DNA from: Bdellovibrionota bacterium
GTDB lineage: Bacteria > Bdellovibrionota_C > UBA2361 > OMII01
NCBI GenBank assembly: GCA_044345405.1
Contig: JBIJBE010000043.1
Span: forward strand, 1-29,481
Length of the DNA stretch: 29,481 bases
Direction of reading: 5' to 3'
A program made the position numbers and the translations under genes. Within the stretch, counting starts at the first letter, position 1; each line of letters opens with the position of its first letter. Shown piece after piece: positions 19,196 through 27,814 of this stretch. The notes beneath the pieces are model-generated. The model worked only from the letters and a program-made list of their open reading frames with translations. It ran no database searches and was not told the DNA's origin.

Positions 19196-21193
19196 TTGGA
19201 AGGCTGCTCACCAGTCGTGACAGACATAACCACCACCCCCGACGACGATTGCCCTAAGTCGATAGCTCTTGTCGGAAATCCAAACTGCGGCAAGACCACC
19301 CTCTTTAATGGACTTACAGGTTCTCGCTACAAGGTCGCGAACTATCCCGGTGTAACGGTCGAGCGCAAAGAGGGATCGCTTTCCCTTCCCGGCGACTCCT
19401 GCGCCAAGATCGTCGATCTTCCCGGCACCTATGCCTTGGTCGGCTCCTCACTCGATGAGAAGATCGTCACTCAATTCTTACGAGGAGAGCTCGCTGGAAA
19501 TTCAAAGCCGGATCTTATTGTCGCCGTTGTCGACGCTACGAATCTTGAACGAAACCTCTTTCTCATCTCAGAGCTGATCGACACCGGCTATCCGATCGTG
19601 CTCGCTATCAACATGATGGACGCGGCGGAGCGCGCCGGCATTAAGGTATACGGCGAGCTCCTCTCACGGGCGCTCGACATCCCCATCGTGCCGATCACCG
19701 CTCGCACTAAGTCCGGCTTTCAAGCGTTACTCAGTGAGATCACCAAAGCGCTCGCGACGCCAACCCTCTCATCCAAAAAGCTCGCGTGGATTCCGCAGGA
19801 ACACGCGCTTCGTCACACCATTGAGACGCTCAGCCCCCTTGGCCCCGCAAGCTCCGATCCGAACGTAATCACCACCATCGGCTCACTTCGCTACGCATGG
19901 ATTCGGTCGATCGTTCGCAAGACAACCTCTCAAAGTTCAAATGACGACATCGCGGTGGTGTCCCCTCTTGATCGACTCTTTACGAGCAGGATCTGGGGAC
20001 TACCGGTCATGCTCGTTATCTTCGGTGTTATCTTCCAAGCGATCTTCCTGTGGGCGCAACTTCCGATGGAGATTATCTCCGGCGTTGTGGATAGCTTAAG
20101 CGCATGGGCCTCCTCGACCTTGCCACCGGGTATCCTTACCAGCCTTATCGCCGAGGGAATTATTCCCGGCGTTGGGAACGTGGTCGTCTTCGTCCCACAA
20201 ATAGCGATCCTCTTTTTCTGTATCGGGTTTCTTGAGGACTCCGGCTATCTCTCTCGCGCCGCGTTCCTGCTCGATAACTTTATGCGTAAAGTTGGGCTGC
20301 AGGGTCGCGCGTTTATTCCCCTCTTAAGCTCCTTCGCGTGCGCGGTTCCCGGCATCCTTTCAACCCGTTCGATTCCGACCCGCTCAGACCGATTAGCGAC
20401 TATCATGATCGCTCCCCTTATGAGCTGCAGCGCTCGGCTCCCCGTGTACGCGGTGCTCATCGCGGCCTTTATTCCCCCAACGCTCGTCGGTGGTTTCATC
20501 TCACTGCAAGGTCTCGTTCTTCTTGGAATGTATTTACTCGGAGTCGTGGGCGCGTGCGGTGTCGCGTGGGCGCTCAAGAAGTGCCTCCTGTGGAAGGAGT
20601 CCTGCTTCTACGTGATGGAGATGCCGCCACTTCGAAAGCCGATCCTTCGGATTATTTTTCGAGGTGTCTATGACAGCGTGACCTCCTTCCTCAAAAACGC
20701 CTCTACTATCATTCTCGCGTGCTCCGTCATCGTGTGGTTCCTCGCATCGTATCCGAAACCGGAGCCTGGCCATCAAGGGAATCCAGTTCAAGCAAGCTAC
20801 GCCGGGCAACTAGGCACCGCGATTGAGCCCGCAATCAAGCCGCTCGGATTCAACTGGGAGATAGGGATTGCGATACTTTCATCGTTCCCAGCTCGAGAGG
20901 TCTTCGTAACCACGTTGAGCACTATCTATAACATCGGCGACGATGACGATGAGCACACGGGACTCGTCAAAACGCTCCAAGAGCGAAATCAGTCGGGGCT
21001 CTTCTCGACCCTCACCGCGCTCTCGCTCATGGTATTCTACGTCTTCGCGTGCATGTGCATGTCGACCCTGGCGGTGTGCAAACGAGAGACCGGCTCGTGG
21101 GGATGGACGCTCGGTATGTTTGGATACATGACAGCGCTCGCCTACATCGCGTCGTTCGCCGTGTTCCAACTCGGAAGTTTATTTGTAAAGTAA
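19196..21193 (+). CDS. feoB: Ferrous iron transport protein B
   Basis: GNPNCGKT, NYPGVTVE, DLPGTY, NMMD, LEDSGY and MSCSARLPVY, plus a multi-TM C-terminus. Start uncertain (GTG 19217 possible). Confidence 0.96.
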   Translation: MEGCSPVVTDITTTPDDDCPKSIALVGNPNCGKTTLFNGLTGSRYKVANYPGVTVERKEGSLSLPGDSCAKIVDLPGTYALVGSSLDEKIVTQFLRGELAGNSKPDLIVAVVDATNLERNLFLISELIDTGYPIVLAINMMDAAERAGIKVYGELLSRALDIPIVPITARTKSGFQALLSEITKALATPTLSSKKLAWIPQEHALRHTIETLSPLGPASSDPNVITTIGSLRYAWIRSIVRKTTSQSSNDDIAVVSPLDRLFTSRIWGLPVMLVIFGVIFQAIFLWAQLPMEIISGVVDSLSAWASSTLPPGILTSLIAEGIIPGVGNVVVFVPQIAILFFCIGFLEDSGYLSRAAFLLDNFMRKVGLQGRAFIPLLSSFACAVPGILSTRSIPTRSDRLATIMIAPLMSCSARLPVYAVLIAAFIPPTLVGGFISLQGLVLLGMYLLGVVGACGVAWALKKCLLWKESCFYVMEMPPLRKPILRIIFRGVYDSVTSFLKNASTIILACSVIVWFLASYPKPEPGHQGNPVQASYAGQLGTAIEPAIKPLGFNWEIGIAILSSFPAREVFVTTLSTIYNIGDDDDEHTGLVKTLQERNQSGLFSTLTALSLMVFYVFACMCMSTLAVCKRETGSWGWTLGMFGYMTALAYIASFAVFQLGSLFVK

Positions 21194-21205
21194 GGAGCGC
21201 ACACC

Positions 21206-21355
21206 GTGACACAAACCGTTATCGCAATCCTTATCCTCGCCGTCGCTGTCCTGTACATCGTGCGCAAAACGATGAGCGCCATCGCCCCCAAAAAGAAGCC
21301 GTGTGGATGCAGCGGATGTGGGTGTGGGGGGAAGAAGAAGGTCGAGGGGGCGTAG
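21206..21355 (+). CDS. FeoB-associated Cys-rich small membrane protein, 49 aa, not in the ORF track
   Basis: TAAGGAG RBS, then GTG: MTQTVIAILILAVAVLYIVRKTMSAIAPKKKPCGCSGCGCGGKKKVEGA. Confidence 0.88.
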   Translation: MTQTVIAILILAVAVLYIVRKTMSAIAPKKKPCGCSGCGCGGKKKVEGA

Positions 21356-21489
21356 GGCGCCCTCCGGCCGTACAACCCGGGATCTCGGAGGGCGCGCATT
21401 CCTGCGCGCCACGTGATCGCGTACGGCGATAACCGCTTACGATGCGGGATGATGGGCAGCTAGAGAAATTTGGAAATGAAATGTAAGAA

Positions 21490-21585
21490 GAGTCTCACAA
21501 GACCGAAATACACAAACCTTGATGAATCAAGATTGCATACCTGGACACTCGTGAGACTCAACTTAGCAAGCGAACTCGCTAAGTT
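21490..21585 (-). other. Structured 3' RNA segment (UUCG hairpin plus long rod hairpin, then UUCUU) directly after the orphan's stop codon; may include its terminator
   Basis: AACUUAGCGAG-UUCG-CUUGCUAAGUU, then GAGUCUCACGAG...CUUGUGAGACUC with inner GUAUGCAA/UUGUGUAU. The G-U pairs form only on the minus strand. Confidence 0.6.
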
Positions 21586-21948
21586 TTAGAGGCCTCTCAA
21601 CTTGTCAGGGTCGAGAAAAGCCAACACGAGGGGGTGATTTTCGAAGAAAACCTCCAACGGACGAACGTTGCGAGTCGAAAGCAGGGATTTTGACCTGCTC
21701 GGCTCGAGACGGATCGACACCTCGGGATTGCGTGGCGTTCGGAAGTGGACCCGTCCGTTCTCGTCTCGATGGATGCGAACGATCCCGTCCGATTCCGGTT
21801 CCCGATATTCCACCACCTTACCTCCTCTATACTGGGTCTTATCCAGTACCTTTAGCACGAGCTCCGCGATGGAGTGCGCTAACTTGGGGGTGGTGACCGG
21901 AGTGGCGACGTTGCGCCCCTGTGCTTGTGCGACTGACTGTTTGCTCAT
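21586..21948 (-). CDS. Hypothetical protein, 120 aa (orphan)
   Basis: ATG 21948 follows AGGA. The track's extension to 22080 runs through hairpin-rich sequence and is probably leader. Confidence 0.65.
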   Translation of the reverse strand: MSKQSVAQAQGRNVATPVTTPKLAHSIAELVLKVLDKTQYRGGKVVEYREPESDGIVRIHRDENGRVHFRTPRNPEVSIRLEPSRSKSLLSTRNVRPLEVFFENHPLVLAFLDPDKLRGL

Positions 21949-21954
21949 TTTGTG

Positions 21955-22195
21955 TCCTAGGTTAGAAACCAGGAGAAACCCAACCGTGGGTAGTCTCCAT
22001 TCAGAGACGCGAACATCTCTCAAGGGGAGACTACCGAAAGAAAACCTTTTGATTTCGGTCGTTGTGAGTCCTCGTCGCAACTCGTGATGGCGGTATCGAT
22101 CTTAAGAGACGGATACACCCTCCGAGCTCCGATGAGGACTCAGCGTGTGCTGCTCGTATAGCGATGGGAAAGAACGGACCTACAAGAGCGGTCCG
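21955..22195 (-). ncRNA. Candidate structured 5' leader or ncRNA of unknown family
   Basis: Successive stems at 22175-22195, 22065-22142, 22033-22059, 21989-22035 (UUCG loop on the minus strand) and an RBS-covering stem at 21955-21974. Confidence 0.4.
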
Positions 22196-22322
22196 ACAAG
22201 GGAGGCCGTCAACTTTGTGGCATTCAATCAACCTAACAAAGAGAGGATTCAGAGCCAATAAAAAACTAACACAACCCTAATTTTTTGGTTGGTTGCGATG
22301 CTGGCCTAGCCTTTGACGCGGG

Positions 22323-22655
22323 TTAGTACTTTTTAAACGAAGGGTCGACATCATCCGACCACCGAAGCATGCCACCGGCCAAATTGGAAACTTTCGTGTA
22401 GCCGTGACGGCCAACAAGCTCCCGAGCGATCCAATCGCTCCGTCCACCACTTCGGCAGTACACGACGACCTCTTTATCTTTTGGAATCTTCTCAAGATGT
22501 TGCGTGACCGTATCCTTCGGGATGAGCTCGCCACCGATGTTACAGATGTCCCGCTCATGAGCCTCCCGCACATCGAGGAGGAAGAGGTCCTCACCGGCAT
22601 CCATTCGAGCTTTTAATTCCTTCGGTGTTATCTGTGGGATGATAGGTGTCGTCAT
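22323..22655 (-). CDS. Stand-alone rhodanese-domain protein (MoeZ/MoeB C-terminus-like)
   Basis: LLDVREAHE, VVYCRSGGRS, NLAGGMLRW and DVDPSFKKY. GAGGAG RBS upstream. Confidence 0.9.
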   Translation of the reverse strand: MTTPIIPQITPKELKARMDAGEDLFLLDVREAHERDICNIGGELIPKDTVTQHLEKIPKDKEVVVYCRSGGRSDWIARELVGRHGYTKVSNLAGGMLRWSDDVDPSFKKY

Positions 22656-22706
22656 CTGTTCTCCTCTGTTTGAAAAAGGCTCGAGGTCCCGAAGCGGTCA
22701 GTTTGT

Positions 22707-23315
22707 TTATCTGCGAGTCCCGTAGAGACCGTGGGACCGACAGAATGCTATCACGGACGGGGGTAAAAGTCCCGAGCAAGAAAGTCCCTGAGCGAGCATG
22801 GCGCGAATGGTCGTACTTGATACCAATACACCCGCTTCGTGGGGCGAGCTCAGCCACGACGCCGTTATATCCTGCGGGAGTTCTGGCGAGACGGTACCCG
22901 GGCGACGAATCACAAGAAAGCTGGTTAGGGACTTGAGGCGAGAGATCTCTTTCCACGCCGAAAGATCTCCAAGTAGCTCCTGACCGATCACAACCCATGG
23001 GGATGTATCCGCTTGCTTTAAAAAATGCTCAACCAAATCGATCGTCCCATATCCGACCTTTCCGGTCGCGTGAATGTCAGACACAGAAACTCGGAGGTCA
23101 TTTGGAAATGCTTCCTCAATAGCGAGCCGCGTCATCGCCAATCGATCCGCGGCGGATACCGTTATCTTCTTGTCGGGTCTATCTCCGCTCGGGACGACCA
23201 CAACCGAGTCCACCTGCCCGCTCGCCAAGAGCTGCGCGATAGTCACGAGATGTCCGTTGTGGATAGGATCGAAGGCGCCGCCGTAGATAGCCAATCGATT
23301 CGTCTTCGCGTGCAC
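22707..23315 (-). CDS. nadD: Nicotinate-nucleotide adenylyltransferase
   Basis: AIYGGAFDPIHNGH, VIGQE...WKE and VSSTTIR. Directly downstream of nadE. Confidence 0.93.
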   Translation of the reverse strand: MHAKTNRLAIYGGAFDPIHNGHLVTIAQLLASGQVDSVVVVPSGDRPDKKITVSAADRLAMTRLAIEEAFPNDLRVSVSDIHATGKVGYGTIDLVEHFLKQADTSPWVVIGQELLGDLSAWKEISRLKSLTSFLVIRRPGTVSPELPQDITASWLSSPHEAGVLVSSTTIRAMLAQGLSCSGLLPPSVIAFCRSHGLYGTRR

Positions 23316-23320
23316 GGCCG

Positions 23321-25303
23321 TTACCTCCTCCTCTTTGGGGAGGGAGAGAGCTTTTGCAGCTCCTCAGCATATCCTCCAGAGAGGATCGGAAATCGACACC
23401 AGCTCTTAGGATCAAGACTTTCATCATCAAGATGGAACGATGGGGCATACCGCTCACGTTTCCACTGATTAGCGCTCCATAGTTTAAAGAAGCGCACGAC
23501 CCAGGAGGTGAGATCGCTCTCTGCATAGCGCTTTTGGTACTGTTCTTTGATGAGCGTAAGCACGTCTTCGGGAAGGAGTTTGTCTCGAATCGCGTACCGC
23601 TCAATAGAGTCGAGAACCTCGTACGGCATAAGGTCCTTCTCATCGGTTTGTTTCTCTTTCTGCGGACGCAACTCCGCGGTTGGCGCCTGTACGTTCACAC
23701 GCTTCAAGGATGGATATTTGCTAAGACCCTGTGGCCCCTCTTTCTCAAGCCACTCAAGCCACGTTCGTAGATACGCTTTGTCTATGCCGCCGAGCGGGCT
23801 CAAGCCACCACTACTATCGCCATCCATCGTAGTGTAGCCCACCGCGGCCTCACTTCGATTACTTGTGGCTAAAAGAAGCGCCTTCCTTAGATTGGTGAGC
23901 AACCACACCGAGGGAGATCGAACACGAGCCTGGATATTTTGAAGCGCGATATCGTGCTCTTTCCACGAAAGCTTGGTACCCGTCGCCTTTGATATCAAAT
24001 CCTCATACCCTTTAACGAGCGAGGAGATATCAACGTCAAAGAAATCAGCGCCGAGCTCCTTGGCGAGGCCAGTAGCCGCGTCGTGGGTAACTTTTGAACT
24101 ATTCGTAGTTCGTTGATACACGCAGCCAAGTATCCGCTTCATCACCTGAGCCTCGTTCGTAACGCTCTTCATCCATGAGATGTATGAGAGCTTCTTCTTG
24201 AAGCCAGAAAATCCGAGCTCCGCGCACGCGCGCTCTACCATCAACGCGACGAGACAACTCGCGGCGCTTGAATCAACTCCACCGCTTAGCGAGATAACGA
24301 ACCCCTCACTGCGGCTCTTACGCATGTAGTCGAAGAGCCCGAGCGTCACGGCTTGCGTAAACTCCTCATGCTTTGATAGCGGGACGTTTTGGTTCGCTTG
24401 AGAGCTCTTGAGCGTTCGCTTGATCTTCACTTCCGGAGCGGAAACGCGGTGAATCTGATCCGCAACCGCCGGGTCAAAGCACGCTTGCTGACGACGCCGT
24501 TCCCTTCCACGCTCGATATCGATAGTGCCTGTAGCGAGACAGACGTCGCGGAAGGAGAATCGGGGCCCCTCGCTCACTACTTCGCCATGCGAACAGATGA
24601 GCGCGTCACCATCATAGATAATTCTGCCAGCTTCGCAGCCAAGAAGATTAGCGTAAACGTAGCCAACGCCAAAAGCACGCGAGCCCTCAAGAGCTATACG
24701 CTTTCGAACCTCATGTTTGCCGAATGAGAAATGGCTGGCGCTCAAATTAAGGATCAGATCGACGCCACAGGAAGAGAGCCGCGCCCCAGGCCTATCAGCA
24801 ACCCACGCGTCCTCACAGATCTCAAAGCCAATCTTTATTCCATCGAGAGAAAAGACAAGGTCGCCAACCGGAAGCTCTCGACCATCAACGGTAACCGAGG
24901 CTTGAGCGCCCCGAGGCCACGGCTTGAACCACCGAGGCTCGTAGTGAACACCATCACCAGCGAGGTGCTGCTTTCCGACAAAACCAAGAAGTTTGCCGTT
25001 TGCCGCCAACGCCGCCACATTATACACGGTGCCCGACACCGCGAGAGGAAGACCGAACGCCACAACCAGGCCCTTCGTTTCTCGAGCGACCTTCGTCGCG
25101 TAGGCGAGCGCGGTGGCAACAACTCCCGCAGAATGAAAGGCGTCTTCACACCCGTAGCCTGTTACGCACAACTCTGGGAGACAGAGAACCTGCGCGCCCG
25201 CGGCCCGCGCCTGACGAATGGCCTCGCGAATATTCGTGAGGTTTCCTTCCCATGAGAGGGGGGTCTGATTTAACGCCGCTGCTGCTACAAGAATTCGGTC
25301 CAT
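23321..25303 (-). CDS. nadE: Glutamine-dependent NAD+ synthetase
   Basis: Nitrilase domain (LPELCVTGYGCED, YEPRWF, EICEDAW) plus synthetase domain (SLSGGVDSS, QNIQARVR, TSNRSE, PTAEL). Confidence 0.96.
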   Translation of the reverse strand: MDRILVAAAALNQTPLSWEGNLTNIREAIRQARAAGAQVLCLPELCVTGYGCEDAFHSAGVVATALAYATKVARETKGLVVAFGLPLAVSGTVYNVAALAANGKLLGFVGKQHLAGDGVHYEPRWFKPWPRGAQASVTVDGRELPVGDLVFSLDGIKIGFEICEDAWVADRPGARLSSCGVDLILNLSASHFSFGKHEVRKRIALEGSRAFGVGYVYANLLGCEAGRIIYDGDALICSHGEVVSEGPRFSFRDVCLATGTIDIERGRERRRQQACFDPAVADQIHRVSAPEVKIKRTLKSSQANQNVPLSKHEEFTQAVTLGLFDYMRKSRSEGFVISLSGGVDSSAASCLVALMVERACAELGFSGFKKKLSYISWMKSVTNEAQVMKRILGCVYQRTTNSSKVTHDAATGLAKELGADFFDVDISSLVKGYEDLISKATGTKLSWKEHDIALQNIQARVRSPSVWLLTNLRKALLLATSNRSEAAVGYTTMDGDSSGGLSPLGGIDKAYLRTWLEWLEKEGPQGLSKYPSLKRVNVQAPTAELRPQKEKQTDEKDLMPYEVLDSIERYAIRDKLLPEDVLTLIKEQYQKRYAESDLTSWVVRFFKLWSANQWKRERYAPSFHLDDESLDPKSWCRFPILSGGYAEELQKLSPSPKRRR

Positions 25304-25340
25304 ACCTTTACGAGTGGCCTACCCTACCACGTCGTATCTA

Positions 25341-25368
25341 ACATCGGCATAAGCGCATGATACTTTTA
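25341..25368 (-). promoter_or_regulatory. Sigma28/FliA-like promoter upstream of nadE
   Basis: Minus strand TAAAA-N15-GCCGATGT, 37 nt before the nadE ATG. Confidence 0.55.
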
Positions 25369-25544
25369 ATGGTTTAGCGATAGCGGGTTAGTTTAGGGAA
25401 GAGACCTGATGATTGAGAGCTCCGTGTAAATTTTCCGTGAAATCAATTTGTTACCACCTCACCTCGCGACCTTGACTAGTAAACAACGTTACTTTTCGCC
25501 CAAATTCGTTCCACACCTCCTCATTCTGAAGTACTTTGTGCCGA

Positions 25545-26168
25545 ATGAACGTTCGCATCATCGACCTCCTCGCTCGTATCAAGCTCGTGCTCCTTAGCCC
25601 TCGTCTCTGTTGGGATACGATCGCTCGCGAACAACCAACAGCTCGCATGACCGCGTTCACACTGGTCGCTCCATTAGCCGTTTTCGCTGTTATTGGGCCC
25701 GTACTCGGCCACATGATCTTCGGTATGGATGTTGAGTTCTTCGGATTGTGGCGGGCGCCTATCTTTTACGCCTTCACGCATCAATCCCTTGAGATCTCCA
25801 TGATGATCACCGCGCTCTTTCTTGATGGGTGGGTGTTGCACAAGTTGGCGCCCCACTTTCATCGAAAGCTTTCTTTCGATCGAGCCTTCTCCCTCATCGT
25901 GAACGCCTCCATTCCAGGATTTATCGCGTGGGCGCTGGGAATCATTCCGATCTTGTTGTACTTCAAGTTCTTCGCGTTCGCCTATTCCTTCTATATCCTC
26001 TTCATCGGTTTCGATTCGATGATGGAGCGAAGCGATAACGCCCCTCAAAATGACACAAAGCCAGCGTTCTTTTCAGCCGCGTTAGCGCTCATCTTGATTA
26101 TTCACATCGTGATGCACGCTCTTGTTGAGCCGATGACACCCTCGCCGTTTTTTGATATCGCGAGCTAG
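25545..26168 (+). CDS. Yip1-family membrane protein
   Basis: N-terminal RIKLVLLSPRLCWDTIARE, LAPHF...FDRAFSL and about five hydrophobic segments. Confidence 0.75.
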   Translation: MNVRIIDLLARIKLVLLSPRLCWDTIAREQPTARMTAFTLVAPLAVFAVIGPVLGHMIFGMDVEFFGLWRAPIFYAFTHQSLEISMMITALFLDGWVLHKLAPHFHRKLSFDRAFSLIVNASIPGFIAWALGIIPILLYFKFFAFAYSFYILFIGFDSMMERSDNAPQNDTKPAFFSAALALILIIHIVMHALVEPMTPSPFFDIAS

Positions 26169-26204
26169 ACCCTGTCAAGGGCGGTAGCATGAGCGACTGC
26201 AGAG

Positions 26205-27698
26205 TTAACTCGGCGCAGAGGTAGCAACCACGGCTGGCGCGTGACCCGTATCATCGATCACTTCGATAACCTGTTCTGTGCCAAGCGCATCATCCCAACC
26301 GCCACCGAGGGCCTTGAAGAGCTGAACGAGTGAGGTCAAAAGATTTGTCTCGCTCGCAACGAGTTCAACTTGCGCGAGAAGCGCGACACGTTGCGCGTCA
26401 AGCACGGGGAGGAGATCTATCAAACCATTCTCATACTGCGTGCGCGCGATCGTGACGGCTTTACCACTTTGATCAACGCTTACTTTGAGATAGTCGCGGC
26501 GTTGCTTGGCAGCGGCAAAGCGCGCGAGCGCCCCTTCGGTCTCCTCAAGCGCCAGCAAGATGGACTGCTCATAGCGAGCGAGCTGCTCGGCGGTTAGCGC
26601 TTCAGCTTGATCAACCTGGGCGAGTACGCGACCGAGGTTAAACGCTGGCCATGAGATGGTCGGAACCAAACTCCAAGCGTCGTTATCTCCGGACGTAAGT
26701 TCAGGAACACTTGGAGCTTGAAGTGAGATCGAGCCGTTGAAAGTTACTTTAGGAAAGAGATCACCTTGGGCGACACCGATATTCGCGGTGGCCGCCGCGA
26801 GTTGCCGCTCTACCGCGCGAATATCGGGTCGACGCTTGAGAAGTAACGATGGGTCTCCCAGTTTCACAGGACCGGAATAGTTTGGAAGGGGTTCTTTCGT
26901 TGATAATCGCTCAACGAGCTCCTGAGGCTGACGCCCCGTCAAAACACCGAGTCGATAGATTGCGCCCTTCTCCTGCGCTTCAAAGGGAGGAATCGCCGCC
27001 ATCGTGTTCATGTACTGCGCTCGAGCGCGAACAACATCGAATTCAGTGGATTGGCCACCCTTAAAGAGCGCCTCAGCGACCTTAACCACCTGCTCCTGGG
27101 TACGCGCGTTCTGTTGCGCGACCTCTTTCTGCTGTTGGGCGCCACGAAGTTCGAGATAATTACGAGCAACCTCACTCACTAAGATACGGATGGCGTCTTG
27201 AAGACCGGCAACGGACGCGTCGATCTGCGCGTCTTGAGCCTCAACGCTTCGACGAACACGCCCAAAGATATCGAGCTCCCACACTGCGTCGAATCCCGTG
27301 GAGAAGTAATCGTTGTCGATGTGCGACTGTGGGACCCTAATTGCTCCACCGGCGAAGGTCGATGTTGGGACATGGGTGTTCGTGTATTGCCCGTTCGACG
27401 TAATCGTCGGAAAAAGATTTAAGAAGGTCTGGTTGTAGAGGGCTCGCGATTGATTAACCCGGGCGATAGCGCCCTGAAGATCGTTGTTATTACGAACGGA
27501 GTCGGTAACGAGTTGTGTGAGAATCGGGTCGTTAAAGTTACCCCACCACCTCTCAAGAGAGATCTCCTCCGGAGTTGGTTTTCCCTCGTCGCCAAGGAAC
27601 TGCTTAGGGAAGGTGGTATCCGGCGTTACGTAATCGGGCCCCACGGCGCATCCCGCGCTCATCAAAGCCACCACCACCGCCGATAACGTCCTATTCAT
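26205..27698 (-). CDS. RND efflux outer-membrane lipoprotein (NodT/OprM family)
   Basis: Lipobox SAGC-AVGPDY, WWGNFNDP, WELDIFG, RRPDIRAVE and LFKALGGGW. ATG 27698 follows AAGGA. Confidence 0.93.
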   Translation of the reverse strand: MNRTLSAVVVALMSAGCAVGPDYVTPDTTFPKQFLGDEGKPTPEEISLERWWGNFNDPILTQLVTDSVRNNNDLQGAIARVNQSRALYNQTFLNLFPTITSNGQYTNTHVPTSTFAGGAIRVPQSHIDNDYFSTGFDAVWELDIFGRVRRSVEAQDAQIDASVAGLQDAIRILVSEVARNYLELRGAQQQKEVAQQNARTQEQVVKVAEALFKGGQSTEFDVVRARAQYMNTMAAIPPFEAQEKGAIYRLGVLTGRQPQELVERLSTKEPLPNYSGPVKLGDPSLLLKRRPDIRAVERQLAAATANIGVAQGDLFPKVTFNGSISLQAPSVPELTSGDNDAWSLVPTISWPAFNLGRVLAQVDQAEALTAEQLARYEQSILLALEETEGALARFAAAKQRRDYLKVSVDQSGKAVTIARTQYENGLIDLLPVLDAQRVALLAQVELVASETNLLTSLVQLFKALGGGWDDALGTEQVIEVIDDTGHAPAVVATSAPS

Positions 27699-27814
27699 CT
27701 TACTATCCTTGCTTCCGAGCTCCTCTACATTCCCACACTCACTCCGAGGTGGGAAGGGATGAATGTCGTACGACCGCGTCTCATCTGACGCGTATCGGCA
27801 CACGAAGCGACCGG

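Noticed and set aside
21357-21409. GC-rich inverted repeats after the feo operon (GCGCCCTCCG...CGGAGGGCGC; GGCGCGCA-TTCC-TGCGCGCC)
   Set aside because: No U-tract and no second copy in the window, so it cannot be called a terminator or REP.
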